From positions 2,790,001 to 2,854,000 of the forward strand of contig NC_043004.1 of assembly GCF_006345805.1 (NCBI RefSeq): a stretch of 64,000 nucleotides of DNA. Direction: 5' to 3'. Every line of letters begins with the position of its first letter. Position 1 is the stretch's first letter. This DNA comes from Octopus sinensis (Eukaryota). Below are positions 12,343 to 26,265 of this stretch, piece by piece. The notes below the pieces were generated by a model. It made no database searches. It saw nothing but the letters and a program-made list of their open reading frames with translations, and had not been told where the DNA came from. Position numbers and translations under genes: made by a program.

Positions 12343-12870
12343 CTGTTTTATTTATATTTCCTGAGCGCCATACTAATACAATTGTTCGTTTGTTTTCCAC
12401 CTGCCTTCGTCTTTTGTTTATTTTCATAAAGCTTCCCGTTATATATATATATATATATGCATATATAATAGATGCCTTTTATTTATTGATTTTGTTGTTT
12501 ATTGTTTTGTTCTGTTTGGTTGTTTTCTTTAATATCCCAAATTAATCTTCCATGTCATTGTCACGTGTCACGGTAAAGTCTATCTACCTGCAGGATAGAC
12601 ATTTTATAGCCGCGATCTGAGACATTCACATCTTTAGAAACTCGCATAACCACACATATATATATTAACAAAAATAGTACATCACACATACACATACATA
12701 AACTCGCACACATAAACGTGTGTGAATGTATGATATTTGTGTATACACATCCCCAAATACATGCCTACAAACTTTAATAATTTAAATAGAAACACGGCAC
12801 AGTCGCCACCCTTCTCTCTCACTCTTTCACTCTCTCTCTCTCGTCTCTCTCTTCTCTCTCTCTATCTCTA

Positions 12871-12907
<37 letters not shown>

Positions 12908-13350
12908 ATATATATATATATAATATATATATATATATTATATATATATATATTAATATATATATCGTACCCTCCCTCATGTTTCCGGTATGTTGTAGAA
13001 ATTTATTGTCCTAATATTTCAAAATTTCTGATATACACCTTCATATACCTTAACTTTTTTGCAATTATATACACAAAGGTGGTGAGAGCGAGTATGTGAT
13101 TTATGTATGTGCCTGCGTGTGTGTTTGTGTGTGTGTGTGCGTGTGTGTATGTGTGTGTGTGTGGTATGTGCCTGTCTGTGTGTCTGTGTATGTGTGTGCG
13201 TGGTATGGGTGGGGTGTATGTGTTGATGTATGCACTTGAGTGAATGCAAATATTTGTTATATTTTTATAACTATAGCAGTAGACTTATGCCTCTACCTTA
13301 CTACTTTTATGCATACATACATACATAAATATATACATATATATATATAT

Positions 13351-13431
<81 letters not shown>

Positions 13432-13609
13432 TATATAATACATAGATATACAAAAGAGAAAGAGAATACAGATTGCCTAATACACTAATACAGTAATTTA
13501 ATTATTGTAATTTAATCTTTAGGTTAAACTGAAACACCTGTAAGAGATGTTGGATTTTTTCAGATAATACATTCTATTAATGCTACATCTCCATTTTCTA
13601 AATTTTCAT

Positions 13610-13646
<37 letters not shown>

Positions 13647-14849
13647 AACACAAACACACGCATATATGCATGTGTGTGTATGTGTGTGTGCATATGTATG
13701 TGTGCCTGTGTGTATATGTGTGCATCTGTATGTGTGTATGTGTGTGTGTATGTATCTGTGTGTATATATTTAACAGTGTTAATCGGAGAACGAAATCAAT
13801 GGCTTAATGGAAATCGTTGACATTTCGAAATTAGTTCAAGTATTGTACCTTAAACAACCTTAACTATTCAGAGAAGTGACCGATTTAACTGAAATCTTTA
13901 ACAAATCTTACAATATCATAAAAATCTAACAACATAGCAACGGAAAGAGAAATAAAAACATTCATAAAATATTTTCATGTGTCTTGTTAGTTTTATATTA
14001 TTTCTGTGGCGCCAAGTTAAGAATTCATGTCAAACTTTTGATCTGTCAGAAAACGTGAGAAATTTTGATTAGAACCTCATGCACCATAAAAAGTATAGAG
14101 CTGATTAAATAAGATTTACGGGATTACTAGAGTACCAGCAATTGCGTACGGTTTAAAAATTTATGTAAGAGTCGTCTGCATATGTATTTAGACTTGCTAA
14201 GTTATGCCATACGAGGATCTTTTTTGGTATTTTGGAATCGAATCAATTTGTTGTTATTTTGCAAATTGTGAAGATTCGTTTTAGGAAGAAGATATTAGTG
14301 AATCCCGAAGATTTGTCGAATATCACTGAAATTTGGTTCAACTCTCCTTGCATGTTCACAAACGGCGCTCGTGGGATAATTTTGCCCTTTTGAATTTTAG
14401 AGTAAATATGGCGCACCACTATGTATATACGTTTAACTAATAGATCAATACTGTAAACTCTTACATTATAATCGATATTAGGTAGCGATACCAAATTAAG
14501 TTAAAACAAATTTGCCCTCATTTATTTAATTTATGCATAAATACAAGCCACATATTTATAATTCTTTATTTGAAGGCCATAGACCCACATTTCTTTGTAA
14601 TATTTTGTTCATATTCTCTGATAAAACTATACTCTGTTTGATTTGAAGAATCCCAAATGCTTTGAATGAAAACTGCCAAGAGAATTACCAAACGCCAGGG
14701 ATGCAAGGCTAGCTTTTCTGGAAACCACATATGCCATATTGCAGTGGTGCAAATAAGAGATGGATAAAAATAGCAAATGGTTCAATATATTTATTCCTAA
14801 CCTATTTCTAAGACTATCACAAATTTGAGGGAGATTATATCGACCCTGG

Positions 14850-15010
14850 TACTTGATGGAGTTATGAACATTGTAAAAAGCAAAAAAAAACTTACCTATT
14901 ATAGCCATATTCGAAGAGGTAGAAGTTTGGAAAACATTATCATGGACAGAAGAGTGGAAGGCTGTAGATCAAGTATGCAGGCAAAGAATTCAATGAATGG
15001 ACAAAGTCAA
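14850..15010 (+). mobile_element. Degenerate RTE-clade LINE 3' fragment
   Basis: KSKKKLTYYSHIRRGRSLENIIMDRRVEGCRS resembles the RTE C-terminal KRKL-YFGHI-R...LEK-IM-GKVEG-R-RGRP motif. Confidence 0.6.
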
Positions 15011-15392
15011 GAGCCGGTTCGACAAGAGTGACAATACAGCTGAAGAACTCGCGATTAATGACTTTCGTTGTCGTACGATATCTGACGACGACATCTTGAG
15101 GATAATTCTCCACCCAAGAACAATGAAATAAAAACATTCCTTAGGAATAAAGATCTACATCAAATACCACAAAGGACTTTACCTTACAATCTACCAATTC
15201 TGCCACTCGTCTCCCCGTGTAATTTCAAGTATTACATATTCATGTAACAATATTTTGGCTTCGGGTTGTACGCTACGAAAACTTAGATTTTCACATTTTT
15301 AGTGTTTCATCACAGAATCGGTCGATTTCCCCAAACTATCCACTCAGTCAGATAAGTGTGAAAAGAATAATGTTTTATCTATAAAATAAACA

Positions 15393-15720
15393 TAGGCGCA
15401 GGAGTGGCTGTGTGGTAAGTAGCTTGCTTACCAGCCACAAGGTTCCGGGTTCAGTCCCACTGCGAGGCACCTTGGGCATGTGTCTTCTACCAAAGCCGAC
15501 CAAAGTTTGTGTATCTGTGTTTGTCCCCTCCTGCCCAACATCGCTTGACAACCGATGCTGGTGTGTTTACGTCACCGTAACTTAGCAAAAAGAGATCGAT
15601 AGAATAAGTACTAGGCTTCCAAAGAATAAGTCCTGGGGTCGATTTGCTCGACTAAAGGCGGTGCTCCAGCATGGCCACAGTCAAATGACTGAAACAAGTA
15701 AAAGATTAAAAAGAGAGTAA
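15393..15720 (+). mobile_element. SINE family 1
   Basis: Head taggcgcaggagtggctgtgtggtaag through tail aaatgactgaaacaagtaaaag. Confidence 0.9.
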
Positions 15721-16167
15721 ACAGTGGAAACACTGCATAATTAGCGAGTGTTTCATTGAACCTAACAGTAATATTTTTGCAACGACACTGGAGCAAAGAG
15801 CCCGGAGCATTTTCTGTGTAGTTTTACTCGCCCAAATAGATCTGTTAAATAGCCCGATCATGAGAAGTTCAGTTCTGCAAAGCTTCCAGCCAGTAGAGTG
15901 CAAAACTAAACAATTAAATAGATAAATATATAATAAGCAACGTATTCTATCTTGCTACAATTCAACAAAAACCGTAGGTTAAGAAAATGAGTAGTAACCT
16001 GAAAAAGCTATTTAGTATTTACATATAACTTAGCGGGAATTAGTCAAGGGCAGAATAAATATATCGCTAATCAGATGTTTGTGAGAGAAACCTGTTCGTA
16101 TCATTGTTTAATGATACAGGATTATATGTACATATGTGTGCAACTGTATAAGTATAGTTGAATAGAA

Positions 16168-16221
<54 letters not shown>

Positions 16222-16849
16222 GTTTGTGTGTGTGTGTGCGCGTGTGTGCATATTTAAACATGATCGTCAGCACATGTTTACAAACATATTGGTGTTTTTA
16301 AGTGAGAATATCAGCTAACGTGTTGTAAACCTGTAAATTTAAAATCTTCATTCCAAGCTGAACAAACAGAGACTCAACGGGTGAGAGAGAGAGAGAAAAA
16401 TAAAGAGTGACTAAATAAGGGAGGGAAAGGGAAGAATAAGAGAGAGAGGGGAAAAAAATCCTGGATAGAGCAGCAGACCAGATTAAGAAAGAAAGAAAGA
16501 AAATGTCAGCCAAATTGAGCAGTGATTGTGACTCATTAATACAAAGATCAACTTTCTGCTCAAGATCCTAAATTTTGTGTTTCTATGTAACTTCAGCATG
16601 AAGAAATTAGTTAATTAAATTTGAAAGAGAAGATAGCAATTCAACATTAAAAGATCTACCACACAGTCTAAGTTTATTAAACGTAATCCTGTCCTTTACT
16701 TTCGCCATCATTGCAAAAAAAAAGTAACTTACAACCCAAATCATTCACAGATCTCGTTGAAGCATTTTTCTTTTCTTATAACTTAGAAATTGCTAACATA
16801 AAATTTTCTTGTGGTTTAAACATTTCATCTTAATACACTTAAGACATGT

Positions 16850-17545
16850 ACATTATTTACATTTGACGGATATTTGTCCGCTGTTTTGGTGAAATTTCGA
16901 AATCTTATTCATAAGGTATTATTCGATGTTATTATTACTGTTATTCAGGTCACTGCCTGGGATCGAACTCGGAATCTTGTGGTTAGTAGCCCGCGCTCTT
17001 AAACACTACGCCATATCCCCGTGGGCAATTATGGAGTGAATTTTAGGGCTTATAAATCTAATATTTTCCTATCGTCCCTTAATACCGGTTCCCATATGCT
17101 GTTCATATCTGCACTCGGTCTGTTTAGGAGGTTGTTGTGTCCTAGCATATGTGCTGCTTCTTTTAGTTTTCGTATTTTCAAGTGGAGTTCTCTGTCTATT
17201 ATTTTAATTTCGTCCCACAGGGGAAGGTGGTTTCCGTTTTTCCACACATGATCATCTATACCCGGTTTATCAATATCTCCTCGTGTCACAGCTTTGTGAT
17301 GCTTGCCTACCCTTATGTTGAGGGGCGGCAGGTTTCGCCTTTGTATAACCTACCACAGCTGCATGGGATGGAGTACACGCAGTTCTAGGTCAGATTCTGT
17401 TCTATTGGTGGTTTTACTCGAAGGAGGTATTTGCGAAGTGTTGTATTACTCTTGAATACTGTCCTGATGTCATATGGGCCACACATCTTTTGTATCAACA
17501 AACAAGATGAGGACAAATATCCGTCAAATGTAAATAATGTAAAGA
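16850..17545 (-). mobile_element. Penelope-like element family A (Poseidon-like), 3' fragment
   Basis: Minus strand reads FKSNTTLRKYLLRVK...CVYSIPCSCGRLYKGETCRP(L)NIR...HVW...KLKEAAHM (GIY-YIG), with a stop and a frameshift. A terminal-repeat piece lies at 16850-16900 (-) and an inverted copy at 17490-17545 (+). Confidence 0.9.
16946..17020 (-). promoter_or_regulatory. tRNA-like Pol III A/B-box cassette inside the PLE terminal repeat
   Basis: A-box TGGCGTAGTGTTT (17001-17013) and B-box GAGTTCGATCCC (16959-16970). The same position is occupied in the copy at 5365-5412. Confidence 0.65.
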
Positions 17546-17560
17546 ATGTACCAATTGAAA

Positions 17561-17800
17561 GGCGGCAAGCTGGCAGAATCTTTAGCATACAGGTAAAAAC
17601 GCTTGGTAGCCGTCTTTACATTCTAAGTTTCGACCGTCTTTAAGTTTAAATTCCGCCTAGGTCGACTTTACTTTTCATACCTTTCGGGCTCGATAAAATA
17701 TTTCTAAACTGTAAGCCACGACGGGCTGAAAACGGAGGGGACGATTCTACATTGTATTTTCACCTGTGTGTTCAGCCCTTCGTGGCTTAATAAAGAAATC
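17561..17800 (+). mobile_element. SINE family 2 variant with a stem-loop tail
   Basis: Head ggcggcaagctggcagaatc, core gtcgactttacttttcatacctttcggg, tail hairpin aagccacga...cgtggctt. Confidence 0.8.
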
Positions 17801-18176
17801 TATCTTCACCTGTTATGTCTTATCATCAAGAGCGACTGCAGCTGTATTCGATAATCCGCCAATTGGGTTAAATCATTTGAAATTATAACTTACAAGTCAA
17901 AGCGTACCTTACACTTTAGACACCAAAGCAATTTCCCGTTCCCTGGATAAATGTTTTGCAGGATTTATGTTTAGAGACAAAAAAAAGCAGCATATAACAT
18001 GAACATAAGTGTCCCTTAATGAGATATCCCCAGCAGCTAATTGAAATTTTAATTTCCAGTTATCATTTTTGATCCGCTAAATTAATTCTCCTTGTGGTGA
18101 AAAAAATCTCGACTTCAATCCATTTTACGTTCGTATTTTCGTTTACTCCCATTACCCACGCACACAGATGTATATA

Positions 18177-18266
<90 letters not shown>

Positions 18267-20600
18267 TAGATAGACATTATTCTTAAACAAAAATATTATT
18301 GATAGTGACCTCAAAGTTTCGGCCAGTTAGGCCATTGTTGGACTTAGGAGTCACTCTCAATAATATTCTTGTTTAAGTATAATAAATTCATACACTACAA
18401 AATTATCGATTAACCCATCTAATGGAATTTAAAATTGTTTTTATTATAATTGAACATAAAAATAGACGTGTGTGTGTGTGTGAGTGGGTGTGTGTGTGAG
18501 TGGGTGGGTGTGTGTGTGAATGGGTGTGTGTGCATGTGTGTGTACATGTGCATATTTTCGAGAATACATACGCATACGCACACATGTTTACACATTCGAT
18601 TATAGACATAAGTATTTTTTATATGAATGCGCCTTCTTGCACGTATAGTCTTATACATCAGCACTAAAGGTAACACAAGACTGCGACCAAAATATTGTTG
18701 GGCATTTATTGGTCAAATTTCATCAATTTGCACCTGTTGCATTAAAAACTTCTAAAACAATTTTCCTATCACAGTTTCTTTTCAAAACCAGTCATTGCAT
18801 TTTTCCATTTTGTCAGAATTTGACTATAGTGTTATTAGTATAAATTGCTATATTTAAGTAGGATATAACAGTATAACTAAAAGGCGGTATTTTGAAGAAT
18901 AAGCATCTAGTAACGTTTGGACCGCTTCAGCTACACAGAATCGTGTCTGCATCGCAGTTAGTGTCAGAGGTTACTTCTTGCCAGCGATTCCTATGAATGG
19001 AGGTGGTGACGCCGTTTGTACGCTTAACTGGTCTCTAATCGAAGTGCTGTTTTAGAAAGCATGCATTTATATGACTACAAACGGACGGAATTTCAACGTT
19101 TTGATCTATCATATTGCATCAAGCTGTTTGGATTGGCGCAATCGAAATGCTTTCATTTCTCGGCCGGACATAGTTTGCATGTGTTTGATCCTGATATTCG
19201 GTCAATTAGCTGCAGCTAATAGGAGCGATGTCATGTCTATTATCCTTTTGTTTCCAGATATATTGAACAAACTAATTTATTCTACTTCTGAATCAGAAAG
19301 AGAGAGCTGTTATCTGCTTTTGTTTTAAAATCCTTTGATTTAAAAAGGAAAGAAAACTACTTCCTTGAAAGGATAATCTCTCTTAGTATCCATAATACCC
19401 TTAATCGGTTTGCAGGGAAGAACAATTTTATTAGAAACAACTATTTTCTTTCTTAATATTTTTAGCGTTTTTAAGATTGTAGCAAATATGTATATTTTAT
19501 CATCAATTATTTCATAAATGGTACAATAAGTTGTCAGTTATGGAACATTTATTTACTTATTTTTGCTAACCTTTCACGTATTTCGTAGAAACCAGTGTGT
19601 CGTAGGGGGTGAGGCAGGGCAAACTTACACAAACACAGGCACCAACCAACCAACCAAAGTGGAATGTCATTGTTGGATTATATTCCATCATTTTACTGTA
19701 TTCGCGGTGGGGAAAAATGCGAAGCGAGGACCACGTCTCCCTCTGCACTTTGCGTATATTGTTTTGTGCCATACATGTGAATGTACATCGCAATAACTCA
19801 ACATACAACCAATTACTCACGTGCAACAAATTCGAGCAGAGTGAAAAAAAAAATAACTTAATGGGTGGTGGGTGCAATTTATCATGAGATAACTAACGCA
19901 CTTGCCTAAACAGACGCTAGTGACGGAAACAGTCGACTCTGTCCGAAGATGTCGAGTTAAGGAGCAGCTTAGCTCACTATCCACGTGTCAACAACATCCG
20001 AACCCGGAAAAATACTGCTTGCAATAACGAAAAAGACAAAAATGTTCAAAACAGATAAAAATTTGAAAAAAATAAATACAAAACATATCTTTGCTTGTAT
20101 GAGAAGAGAAAGAGGAAACTGCTTGAACCTTCTAGCGGGCGTGTAGGGGTGGTTTTTTGTTTGTTTCTTTTTTTTAGTTTTTCTGCTTTGTTTTTTTTTT
20201 GTTTTTTACATTTCGTGCTTTTGTCTGTTTAAAGAAACCCACTTGAAGATGTCGATCGCCATTCGCAGGCAATTTATTGCCATACGCAAACGATTGACAA
20301 TATGACAAGAAAATACACAGATGAAATAGAAAATAAATAAACAAATTATAAAAAAAACAACAAATTCCTATGTCAGCAAGTAAACAAACAACGAATGAAT
20401 TTTCACAAAAAAATTTAGAAAAATATAAAATATTTCTGTTTTTGAGCAAATACACATACATACACACACACACACACATACACATCTTTGTATATATACA
20501 AATATGTATATATATATATACATATATATATATATGTACACATACATTCGGTTTAATATATATATATGTGTGTGTTTGTGTATGTATGTCTGTCTCTATG

Positions 20601-20631
<31 letters not shown>

Positions 20632-21089
20632 TAAACTTCATGTATTAAATTTATTTATTTATTATGTGTTTTTCATAACATTGTAGGTTTTTAATGATTT
20701 CGCTTTTCTTTTACAGCCTATGTTATTTGTTGTTTTTTTTTTATTTCTCTGAGTTATTTTCACTTTTTCTTATAACTACTGCTCTGCCAGTGCTAGCAAA
20801 GGTTAAACCGATTATGTGCTGGTATTAATCTGGTGGAATTTCTCTGGAGGAGATCATAAGAGATTGACACCTTCAGTGTTGTCTTGTATGGCCTTCATGC
20901 TAAATAACTCGAGGTTAGGATTAGCTACACGGTCCGGCGTGTTGTGTTCTTATTTAAAATCTGTGTAAAGAAGATCCTTGAAAATCAGTTCCAGCTTTTC
21001 CGAAACCAACAAACATAGGATTTATTGACATAGCATGCTGGAAAAGAGGGAATTTCCAATTATTTGTAATTATTAATTTTTATCAATAT

Positions 21090-21380
<291 letters not shown>

Positions 21381-22294
21381 TCACACACACACACTCACAC
21401 AACCACATATGTATATATGTATGTATGAAATTGTATTTACAATGTCATTATTCGCAATGTTTTACTCCATAACCCAGAATAAAAGACGTGTTCTTTCAAG
21501 ACAAAGTTTTGAAAAATCTAATTTTTGTTTCTTGAAATGTCTTAATCTCCTTTGATTGAAAATTGAATGCAAAATTATCAAATTCTAGTCTCTTCTCATA
21601 TAAAATCTAGAAGTGAATTTAATGGTTACATGTTATATTTATTTATCTATTTCAGTTAATTTTTTTGTGTCTATATCATCCTCTTTGTTTGTTAAAAAAT
21701 AGTCTGATATAAAATTTGAGATTTAATATCTCAAAGGAATCGCGAAACGAATCTTGCACAGTGAGGATCCAATATAGAAACAATTTTTTACAAGAGATCA
21801 TCGTAAAATATTTCCTCGCAAACTGTTTTTAAAATTTCCTTCTGAAGCCAGAATTAATGTGTATATAGACGCTCGATCTACACATCTTTAAAGGGAACCC
21901 TTCCAGACATAATACCGCAGCTACGAACGTTTAACATTAAAGTTTATATTATTGAGATGCTTCTGACTCAAAATTTGTATTTTAATCTACTCGTGCGCCA
22001 CTTTGGGAAATCAGTAAATAGATTTTAGTCTGTTCGTATGTTTAGTGTTAGAAGCAGTTCAGAAACACTCCTTGATTCGATTTCGTTTTGGAAGCGAGAC
22101 GAGAATACGGCACTCAAGAAAAACAACTGCAAAATATTGATATTTGTCGTTTCCGTTCACTTCCATCGTCTTTCGCCGTGCTTTGAAGCATCCTGCTCTT
22201 TCTAAAGCTATGCGCCTTTAAAGGGAGCTCTCTCAGGCGAAATATCGAACATGCTCGCATTTAACAATATACATATATTATGTGATATTGATAA

Positions 22295-24330
22295 CACTGG
22301 TCTGCAAAATTAAATGTATTATACTCATTATGGATGCAAACCAACGTTTTAAGACTGATTTTTCATACTGACTTGAAAGTTTTTCTCTATTTATATGCAG
22401 CACGTAACCGTTTTTCAGTAGATACATGCAAATGACATTTGTATATATGAAATCATTAACGTAAAAAATAGTGACATGTTATTTTTAGAAAGTAAATGAA
22501 TATATGGAGTTAAAAGTCATCACTATCATTCTAGAAAGAGTGAATACCAAGAAAATGGGTTAAACAAAACAAAGTTAGAACAACAGAGTTAGACACATTG
22601 TGATTTGGATTTCCTGCTGTGTTCCTGATATGGTTAATCACGGTAAAATGTCCAGCAGTAGTCAACCAGCATGCTGTCATTCCAGAAGCCTTGGTACCGT
22701 TTCTCCATAGCACTAATGTCCTGGCTAAATCTTTCACCATGTTCATCAGATACTGCTCCAAGTTTATCTGCGAAGAAATCCAGATGGGAGTCCAAGGAGT
22801 GAACGTTTAGTAATATGCGACAACACATTGCTGAGTAACATGTCAAAAGATTCTTGATGCCATCTTTGTAGTCCATTGCCTTCTTGTTGCTCAAGAGATT
22901 CTCACAGTTTCAATTGAAAGCATCCCAGACAAGCGGTTCCATTTCATCCAGTGTTGTCTTGAAGTCGACATCTTTGAGTACTTCTCTAATTTGGGGTCCG
23001 ACAAGGATACCCTCTTTCAACTTCTCCTGTGTGATATTGGGAAACTTTTCTACAATATACTGAAGCCCTCTGGCATTTCTCTTCCCTAGTGTCTTTACAA
23101 GCTGTTTCATCAGTCCAAGCTTTATGTGCAAAGGCGGATCTAAAAGAGGTGTATTCTTGTCACTAAACAGTCCTGGTTGGTATGATGTTCTTGTCTGCCA
23201 GTTTGACTCCGAATAATGTCTGTGATTTGCCTGACTATCCCATAAACACAAAAAATAATATTTTGTGAAACCTAACTGTATTCCTATTAACATTCCAATG
23301 ACTTTTAAATCTCCGCCTATTTTCCATGAGCATCTTCCAAGACAATGGCATAAAATCAAATTTCCATATTCTCATATGATTCATGAAGATAAAAGGAGTG
23401 TGCAACAGGAAGAGAGGGCTTCAAATTACCATTATGGAGAAGTACAGCATTTAAACTTCGTTTTGATGAGTCAATAAACAAACACCACTCTGCAGGATCA
23501 TGATTTTGTGATAAACATTCGAAAGTCCATCGATGTTACTTTAAAAGCAAAGCGGGCCTTCAACAGAAAAACACGTTTGTAGAACCACATTTCTCTGCCG
23601 AAAATAAATTATACAAACACCTTGCTGTAGCAGATACTTCTCCTTCAGTTCTGCTTTATCTTTTGAGTGGGATAGGTTTCTGACAGGGTCATTCATTTCA
23701 GCTTGGGAAAATTTCTGAGGTTCAAAGCTATCATCATCAGCCACGCAATCTTCTTCAGCAGCACTATTGTGACAGTCAGCATCATCATCTGACATTTCAA
23801 TACCATCATCTGGTGGAACTGTAATTGGCAGACTTCCATTGTAAGGCACAGGTCACATTGCAGAATCCAAATTGGGATACATAAGTTTGTCTTTATTCTT
23901 CACAGAAAATCCTGTGACACTTACTTTGCATCAGCTACATAAGCCATTTGAACAAGCTGAGCAGATAAAATGTGGTGCCCATAATTTGTCCTGATCTCAA
24001 AGAGGACAGTCAAAGTATATCTTATAAATCTTCTTGATCTCTGGTGTTATTGTACGTTTTTGTGCTTTCCCAATAAATTGTCCACAGACATAACAAAACA
24101 CATCAGGACGATTTCTATAAATGGTTATACTTATATTGAATTTGAGATTATGAAATATTTCATCAGACCAATTATGACTGGACAATTTTAGATGCTGAAA
24201 TACCCATTCCATCAGACAAAACTACACTAGTGTCTTAACTAGAAGGGATTTTAAACCCAAACACTAGAGCCGAAAATAGACGGCAGCAAATAATATGGTG
24301 ACAGAAAATACGGCATTTAAAGTAATATGT
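22295..24330 (-). mobile_element. Chapaev3-like (CMC) DNA transposon, disrupted transposase
   Basis: Minus-strand peptides FCYVCGQ...DQDKLWAPHFICSAC, GGDLKVIGMLIGIQLGFTKY.FLCLWDS, PPLHIKLGLMKQLVK, KLKEGILVGPQIR, GAVSDEHGERFSQDI...RYQG. The left end is taa|cactgg at 22295. The right end was not found. The family name is from recall. Confidence 0.75.
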
Positions 24331-24449
24331 CAACTAAGAAACAGGAGTGAACGGAACAGAATGATAAACAGTGAACCACGTTGGCAGAGGAGGATACTTG
24401 AAGGCATAAAAATAATACAGAGTAATGTGTCAGTACTTGACAGCGAGAA

Positions 24450-25830
24450 AAAAGAACTGTAGAATCATCACAAGTATGATATGCTAAAAGATGGAGTCAG
24501 AGAGTTGCCAGAAGTAATGGAAGAATTAAACAAGGCAAGAGAGCAAGGCAAGAGAGCAAAAATTACTCGATTTTGATCCGAGAATCAACCAACATAGCCA
24601 AAAGGGACTCCTCAAAAGCAGACCAAAAGATATTTTGTGACAAAAGAAAGAATCTGAGAAGCACTCATACAACACAAATGCAGAGTGAAGTTAAAGTTTT
24701 AGAAAGAAGAATTGGGGCTGGGAGAGACAAATGCAGAAAGGCTCCGTAATCTGAAAAAAAAAAACGATATAAATCGTTTGCAAGAAGATTTTAAGATAAG
24801 CAAAGAGTTTGTTCAGCATATAAGTACGAAAATGAGCAACTGGAAAGCGGCAGGCCCAGATGGTGTTCAGAGGTATTGGGTGAACAAATTTACTGAATGT
24901 CATTAAATGTTAACGGAGCAATTAAGCCCGTTACTTGACGAACACACAGAAATATCACTGGTTGAATAGAATTTGAACAAAAACATCAAGGGGAAATGTT
25001 GTTGACAACTTCGGGACAATATCCTCTCGGCCCATCATGTGGGAGTTGTTAACTGGCGGATGAAGTGCACGCGTTCATTGAACAGAATAGCCGTTTACCG
25101 TAAGAGCAAAAGGATGCAATCATGAACGCAAGGGAACCAAAGATCAACTAAGACAGTGCCGAAAGCCTGCAAAAAGCGCAAAACTAACTTAAGGCTGGCC
25201 TGGATAGACTATCGAAAAGTATATGAAATGTTCCTCATTCATAGATTATAGAACTCTTTAAAATATTTGGAATTGTACACAATAGTATGAACTTTATTAT
25301 GCAGAATGGATTGATCATTGAAATGATATTGGGGGTTGGGTGCAGAAGCTTAGTTTTTGTCAACATCGAACATGGAATCTTCCAAAGAGATAGCTTTTTG
25401 TATTGTGTATGATAACACCGATTTTGATTTTGAGAAACACAAAAGCTGTGTGAGTTCAAAGAAACGAACGGTAAGACCAATCATCTCCTTTCTATGAATG
25501 AATTGAAGATTTATAGAAAACAAAAGCACAAGCTGGATTCTTTGATCTATACAATAGAGTACTTTAGCGCAGGCATTAGAATGGAATTTGGGCTGAAAAT
25601 GTGGTGGGTTGATTCTAAAAGGAAGTCCAAGAAGAGGAAGGTATGATTTTTCCCATGGAAGAATTAACGAAGAGGATTGACATGGAAGGATCTGAACCTA
25701 TTTGATGGAGAGGAACGGATGGAAAGACGAATGAAGAAGATATTCTCTCGAGAGTATTTCAGAAGTCTGGGATTTATTTTGTGTCGTCCTATATTCTCGA
25801 AGAATCCTAAGAAAGATTCTTGAGTTTTGA
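24450..25830 (+). mobile_element. Degenerate R4/Dong-type LINE reverse-transcriptase fragment
   Basis: Peptides NWKAAGPDGVQRYW, EQKGC...GTKDQL, LAWIDYRKVY, HGIFQRDS, NHLLSMNELK, EFGLK, with many stops. Confidence 0.8.
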
Positions 25831-25914
25831 GGAGACTTCTTGTCATCAAACTAATCTAAATTAGCATGCACTAGCGTAACAACAACAATAACAATAATGA
25901 TGATGATGATAATA

Positions 25915-25955
<41 letters not shown>

Positions 25956-25962
25956 AATAATA

Positions 25963-26175
25963 ATGGTTTCAAATTTTGCAACAAGGGAAGCAACTTTGGG
26001 GGAGAAGATGAGTCGAGTACATCGACCCCAGTATGTAACTTGTACTTAATTTATCGACCCCAAAAGAATGAATGGTAAAGTCGACCTCGGCGGAATTCGA
26101 ACTCAGAACGTAGCGAGGAGCGAAATACCGCTAAGCATTTCGTCTAGCATGCTAACGATTCCACCAGCTCGCCGA
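25963..26175 (-). mobile_element. SINE family 2
   Basis: Reverse complement of ggcgagctggtggaatcgttagc...ttctgagttcgaattccgccgaggtcgac. Confidence 0.85.
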
Positions 26176-26177
<2 letters not shown>

Positions 26178-26249
<72 letters not shown>

Positions 26250-26265
26250 TAATAATAATAATAAA
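26178..26265. repeat. (TAA)n microsatellite
   Basis: Directly visible. Confidence 0.95.

Larger units (their letters stand above)
10093..12440 (+). mobile_element. 5'-truncated Penelope-like retroelement family B (tentatively Neptune-like)
   Basis: Frameshifted RT plus GIY-YIG ORF, then a pyrimidine tract, a tactaataca minisatellite, a hammerhead at 12305-12342 and a T-rich tail ending at (TA)n. Confidence 0.9.

Noticed and set aside
23705-23745. CTGATGA...GAAA on the - strand
   Set aside because: It lies inside the transposase coding region (Asp-rich codons) and has no helix I or III pairing, so it is a chance match.
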